Source of the DNA: Candidatus Poseidoniales archaeon
GTDB taxonomy: Archaea; Thermoplasmatota; Poseidoniia; Poseidoniales; Thalassarchaeaceae
Length of the DNA stretch: 36,310 nucleotides
NCBI GenBank assembly: GCA_045568015.1
Contig: JBJLBW010000017.1
Coordinates: forward strand, 1-36,310
Direction of reading: 5' to 3'
How positions within the stretch are numbered: the stretch's first letter is position 1; the number at the start of each line of letters is the position of its first letter. The position numbers were made by a program, and so were the translations under genes. Of the stretch, positions 33,930 to 36,310 are shown piece by piece. Under the pieces are notes generated by a model. It was not told the DNA's origin and ran no database searches. It was given only the letters and a program-made list of their open reading frames with translations.

Positions 33930-34002
33930 TGGGACCGACCAGATTTGAACTGGTGATATTCGCCTTGTAAGGGCGACGTCATAACCGCTAGACCACGGAC
34001 CC
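33930..34002 (-). tRNA. tRNA-Val(UAC): tRNA-Val (anticodon UAC), 73 nt, CCA not encoded
   Basis: The reverse complement folds as a cloverleaf: GGGTCCG-TG-GTCT-AGCGGTTA-TGAC-G-TCGCC-CTTACAA-GGCGA-ATATC-ACCAG-TTCAAAT-CTGGT-CGGTCCC-A. It has U8, A14, GG in the D loop, a TTC T-loop and a 7-nt anticodon loop CT-TAC-AA. There is one U4:U69 mismatch in the acceptor stem. Confidence 0.93.
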
Positions 34003-34081
34003 GTAAATGAACGCGAGAGGTTTGGGGATATGAGGTGAACCCCACCGCAGCCTTTTGAGTAAGGAGAGAAATCGAAGTTCA

Positions 34082-35137
34082 ATGGTGGAGCATGCGCGGC
34101 AAACACGGCGTCTCATTGAGAGACTGCAAAAGGCCGGAGTACCGATGAATTCCAGTATTTCTGCAGCAATGCGCTCGGTTGATGTCGGGATATATACCGA
34201 CTATGAATTGGAACCTTTCTGGCATGATCGCCCTCTGGTTTTTCTGGAAACTAGTAAGGGCGGAGTCAAGACGATTTCTGCGCCCCATATGATTGCTAAA
34301 ATGCTGTATCACCTCGAATTGGCCCCGGGTCAAGAGGTTCTCATTTTGGGGGCCAAGGGCGGGTATATTGCTGCCTTAATTGCACACATCGTAGGTCCGG
34401 AAGGTGGTGTGGTCGTCGTAGACCCGTCAAGGGAAGTTGTAGATCACGTCCGTGAAAAGATATCAACGATTACAGAGACACATACCGTACGCGTCAGAAA
34501 AATGCGCCAGCTTACACACTGTCCACCTCAACTTCCAGAGCCACTGGATCGTGTTTTGGTCACAGGTTCTCTCGAATCTCTTCCCAACTGGTTAGAATCG
34601 AGAATGGTTGACGGCGGTTTTACCATCGCCCCGATCGGCGGTCGTTTCTCGCAGCATCTGGTCAAGCGTGAGCGAATTGCTGAAGGTTGGTTGGATACAG
34701 ACCTTGGAGGCGTTTTGTTCGGCCCGGTAGATATCGCAGATACTGAACCTGAGCCCCTCTCGGCGAGAACACTGGCTGAATTGCTTCGAGAGGGTGCGAT
34801 ATTGGGTGATGAAATTGGCATGTTCAGTGATGAAATATTACAGCGATTGAATCATCTATCAGCATCTCTAGAAGCCTTGCCAGAGAATCTTGAACCATTA
34901 CCTGAACCCCCAAACCTGGAAGATGAACCGCCTTGGGCCATGGATACAGATGCATGGGTTGATGAAATACATCCTGTTGCAGATTTACTCAATGCAGAAA
35001 TGGATTGGTTGGTTGACGTTTGGCAATTACTCATCACTTTGGTCGATGTTCGCTTGATGCAACCAGGGCGACCGGATGCCGAAGATGACGAAGAGCCAAT
35101 CGGCGGCTTTGGTCGTCACAGCGACCTCATCCCGTGA
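34082..35137 (+). CDS. pcm: Protein-L-isoaspartate O-methyltransferase (PCMT)-like protein with divergent SAM motif I and long acidic C-terminal extension
   Basis: TISAPHMIAKMLYHLELAPGQEVLILGAKGGYIAALIAHIVGPEGGVVVVD parallels the PCMT core (ISAPHM...VLEIGTGSGY...). RVLVTGSLESLPNWLESRMVDGGFTIAPIG parallels the family C-terminal strand set. ATG 34082 is preferred over TTG 34055. Confidence 0.7.
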   Translation: MVEHARQTRRLIERLQKAGVPMNSSISAAMRSVDVGIYTDYELEPFWHDRPLVFLETSKGGVKTISAPHMIAKMLYHLELAPGQEVLILGAKGGYIAALIAHIVGPEGGVVVVDPSREVVDHVREKISTITETHTVRVRKMRQLTHCPPQLPEPLDRVLVTGSLESLPNWLESRMVDGGFTIAPIGGRFSQHLVKRERIAEGWLDTDLGGVLFGPVDIADTEPEPLSARTLAELLREGAILGDEIGMFSDEILQRLNHLSASLEALPENLEPLPEPPNLEDEPPWAMDTDAWVDEIHPVADLLNAEMDWLVDVWQLLITLVDVRLMQPGRPDAEDDEEPIGGFGRHSDLIP

Positions 35138-35176
35138 ACGCTATACAGGGGATGTGTCCCCCTATGTTTGGGCCCC

Positions 35177-36160
35177 ATGCTACAACATGAACTTCAACGG
35201 CTGAAGCACAAGGATGTGCGTCAACGTCGAATGGCCGTGCGTCGCCTTTTCGAAATCAATGATTCCGTTGCCCTCGCAACTTTTGTCGATATGTTGGATG
35301 ACGATGATGAATGGTTCGTGGAGAAGTCAATCGATGCGATTCGTCGTTGGGTCGATGGTGCCCATCGAAAAGTCATTGTTTCGCTTTCTGTACGCACGGA
35401 AGCTCGCCTGAGACTTCTCGCTGCTGAATTATCGCCCCGTATCGGTACAGCAGCCCTTCCAATTCTTTCCACCCTTTGTTCGGACAGTGATAGTTCAGTC
35501 AGTAGGGAAGCATGGCGTGCCCGTCTCAAGGTAGATTCAGGAACCATCCCTGTCGCCATCGAAAATGAGGATCACACCATTCGAAAGATGGCCATTTCAC
35601 ATTCCGGTGATCCGGAAATCCTAGAGGGGATGCTATCTGACCCACATCCGCGCGTACGCGAAGCTGCACTCGATCAGATGATTGTCATCAATCATTCCAC
35701 AGCAGCGGCCGACCCACTGTTGGACGGGCCGCTACGCCTTAAAGCAGCAAAGTTGCGCTTCCCATCGTTGATTGAATCTGAATCGACTACGACAATATGC
35801 AGTCTTTGTCAAGACCCCAACCCCGCACTTCGGAAAGTGATTGCAAATCATCTGGAGAGTGTTGATTGGTTTGACTGGGAAGATGTTTATTCAGCAGTCA
35901 AAGACAGTAATGATTCACTCTTACTACCACGCTTACTACGGTCACGAAGGGAACCTCGGGCGGACGAAATACGATTTGAGTTGTTGAAAAATGGCGAAGA
36001 TATGCCTCGGGCGAGGGTTTTGGAAAATCTACACGGTCGAAAAATTTCACAATCCATTTCCGATTTGTTGCCATCCTTGGCTGAAGATTCAAACCCCCTG
36101 ATTGCACAGGCTGCGACCAGTTTAATGGCGGATTCAAAAATAATGGAGACCGACATATGA
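35177..36160 (+). CDS. HEAT-repeat (PBS-lyase HEAT-like) protein
   Basis: Helical repeats recur with the D/N-P/x-x-V/I-R-x-x-A signature: KDVRQRRMAVRRL, DHTIRKMAISH, DPHPRVREAALDQM and DPNPALRKVIANHL. The first in-frame ATG after the TTG track start is used. Confidence 0.7.
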   Translation: MLQHELQRLKHKDVRQRRMAVRRLFEINDSVALATFVDMLDDDDEWFVEKSIDAIRRWVDGAHRKVIVSLSVRTEARLRLLAAELSPRIGTAALPILSTLCSDSDSSVSREAWRARLKVDSGTIPVAIENEDHTIRKMAISHSGDPEILEGMLSDPHPRVREAALDQMIVINHSTAAADPLLDGPLRLKAAKLRFPSLIESESTTTICSLCQDPNPALRKVIANHLESVDWFDWEDVYSAVKDSNDSLLLPRLLRSRREPRADEIRFELLKNGEDMPRARVLENLHGRKISQSISDLLPSLAEDSNPLIAQAATSLMADSKIMETDI

Positions 36161-36310
36161 GGCTTCTATTGGGTAGCGGCGGGCTCCGGAGCGAGGAAAG
36201 AAGGGCCACTTATTTTGAAGAAATGAGGAAACATTTTGAGGGATGTGACGAGGTTATTTTCATCCCGTATGCATCCTCAAATCATGCCGAATACACCTCG
36301 CGGATCAACA
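36157..36310 (+). CDS. pepE: 5' part of a peptidase E-like (S51 family) gene, truncated by the window end
   Basis: ATG 36157 overlaps the upstream stop (ATGA). The translation is MRLLLGSGGLRSEERRATYFEEMRKHFEGCDEVIFIPYASSNHAEYTSRIN. It resembles the N-terminus of dipeptidase E (M.LLL.S...; ...v.FIPfA....YT). Only 51 codons are visible. Confidence 0.5.
   Translation, partial: MRLLLGSGGLRSEERRATYFEEMRKHFEGCDEVIFIPYASSNHAEYTSRIN

Noticed and set aside
33930-34081. tRNA-Val as an integration site for a genomic island (the giant gene or glucan locus as cargo)
   Set aside because: I found no integrase, no direct repeat of the tRNA 3' end, and no other mobile-element genes anywhere in the window. 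The genes flanking the tRNA are ordinary housekeeping genes.

Overview
Archaeal chromosomal segment. The evidence is a PolD small subunit, a class III (pilin-type) signal element, a tRNA gene without encoded CCA, and secreted enzymes held by C-terminal TM anchors. A planktonic euryarchaeote is a guess only. Bases 1-15617 carry the 3' end of one surface protein and a single 13.8 kb ORF (4,593 aa from ATG 1836). This ORF encodes a giant secreted multidomain surface protein with parallel beta-helix blocks and Ig-like, degenerate cupredoxin-like, CBM-like, cadherin-like and CARDB-like modules. Its C-terminal TM anchor is followed in frame by an acidic linker and a complete archaeal type IV pilin-like module (AVSPVIATILLVAITVVL...). 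This is the most unusual feature of the window. Bases 15778-31567 form an alpha-glucan/maltodextrin utilisation locus. It contains a HAD hydrolase and a CUT1-type ABC importer whose solute-binding protein is fused to the MalF-like permease. It also has a MalG-like permease with extra N-terminal TMs, a short MalK-like ATPase without the regulatory domain, and a membrane-anchored GH13 amylase. An alpha-glucan phosphorylase, a GH77 amylomaltase and a membrane-anchored GH57 amylopullulanase-like enzyme complete it. The last 5 kb is housekeeping: PolD DP1, CinA/PncC-type amidase, tRNA-Val(UAC), a PCMT-like methyltransferase, a HEAT-repeat protein and the start of a peptidase E-like gene. I saw no transposase, integrase, CRISPR array or rRNA. 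Short GC-rich palindromic hairpins recur at gene boundaries. The two surface-protein genes use a visibly different synonymous-codon dialect from the other genes I sampled.
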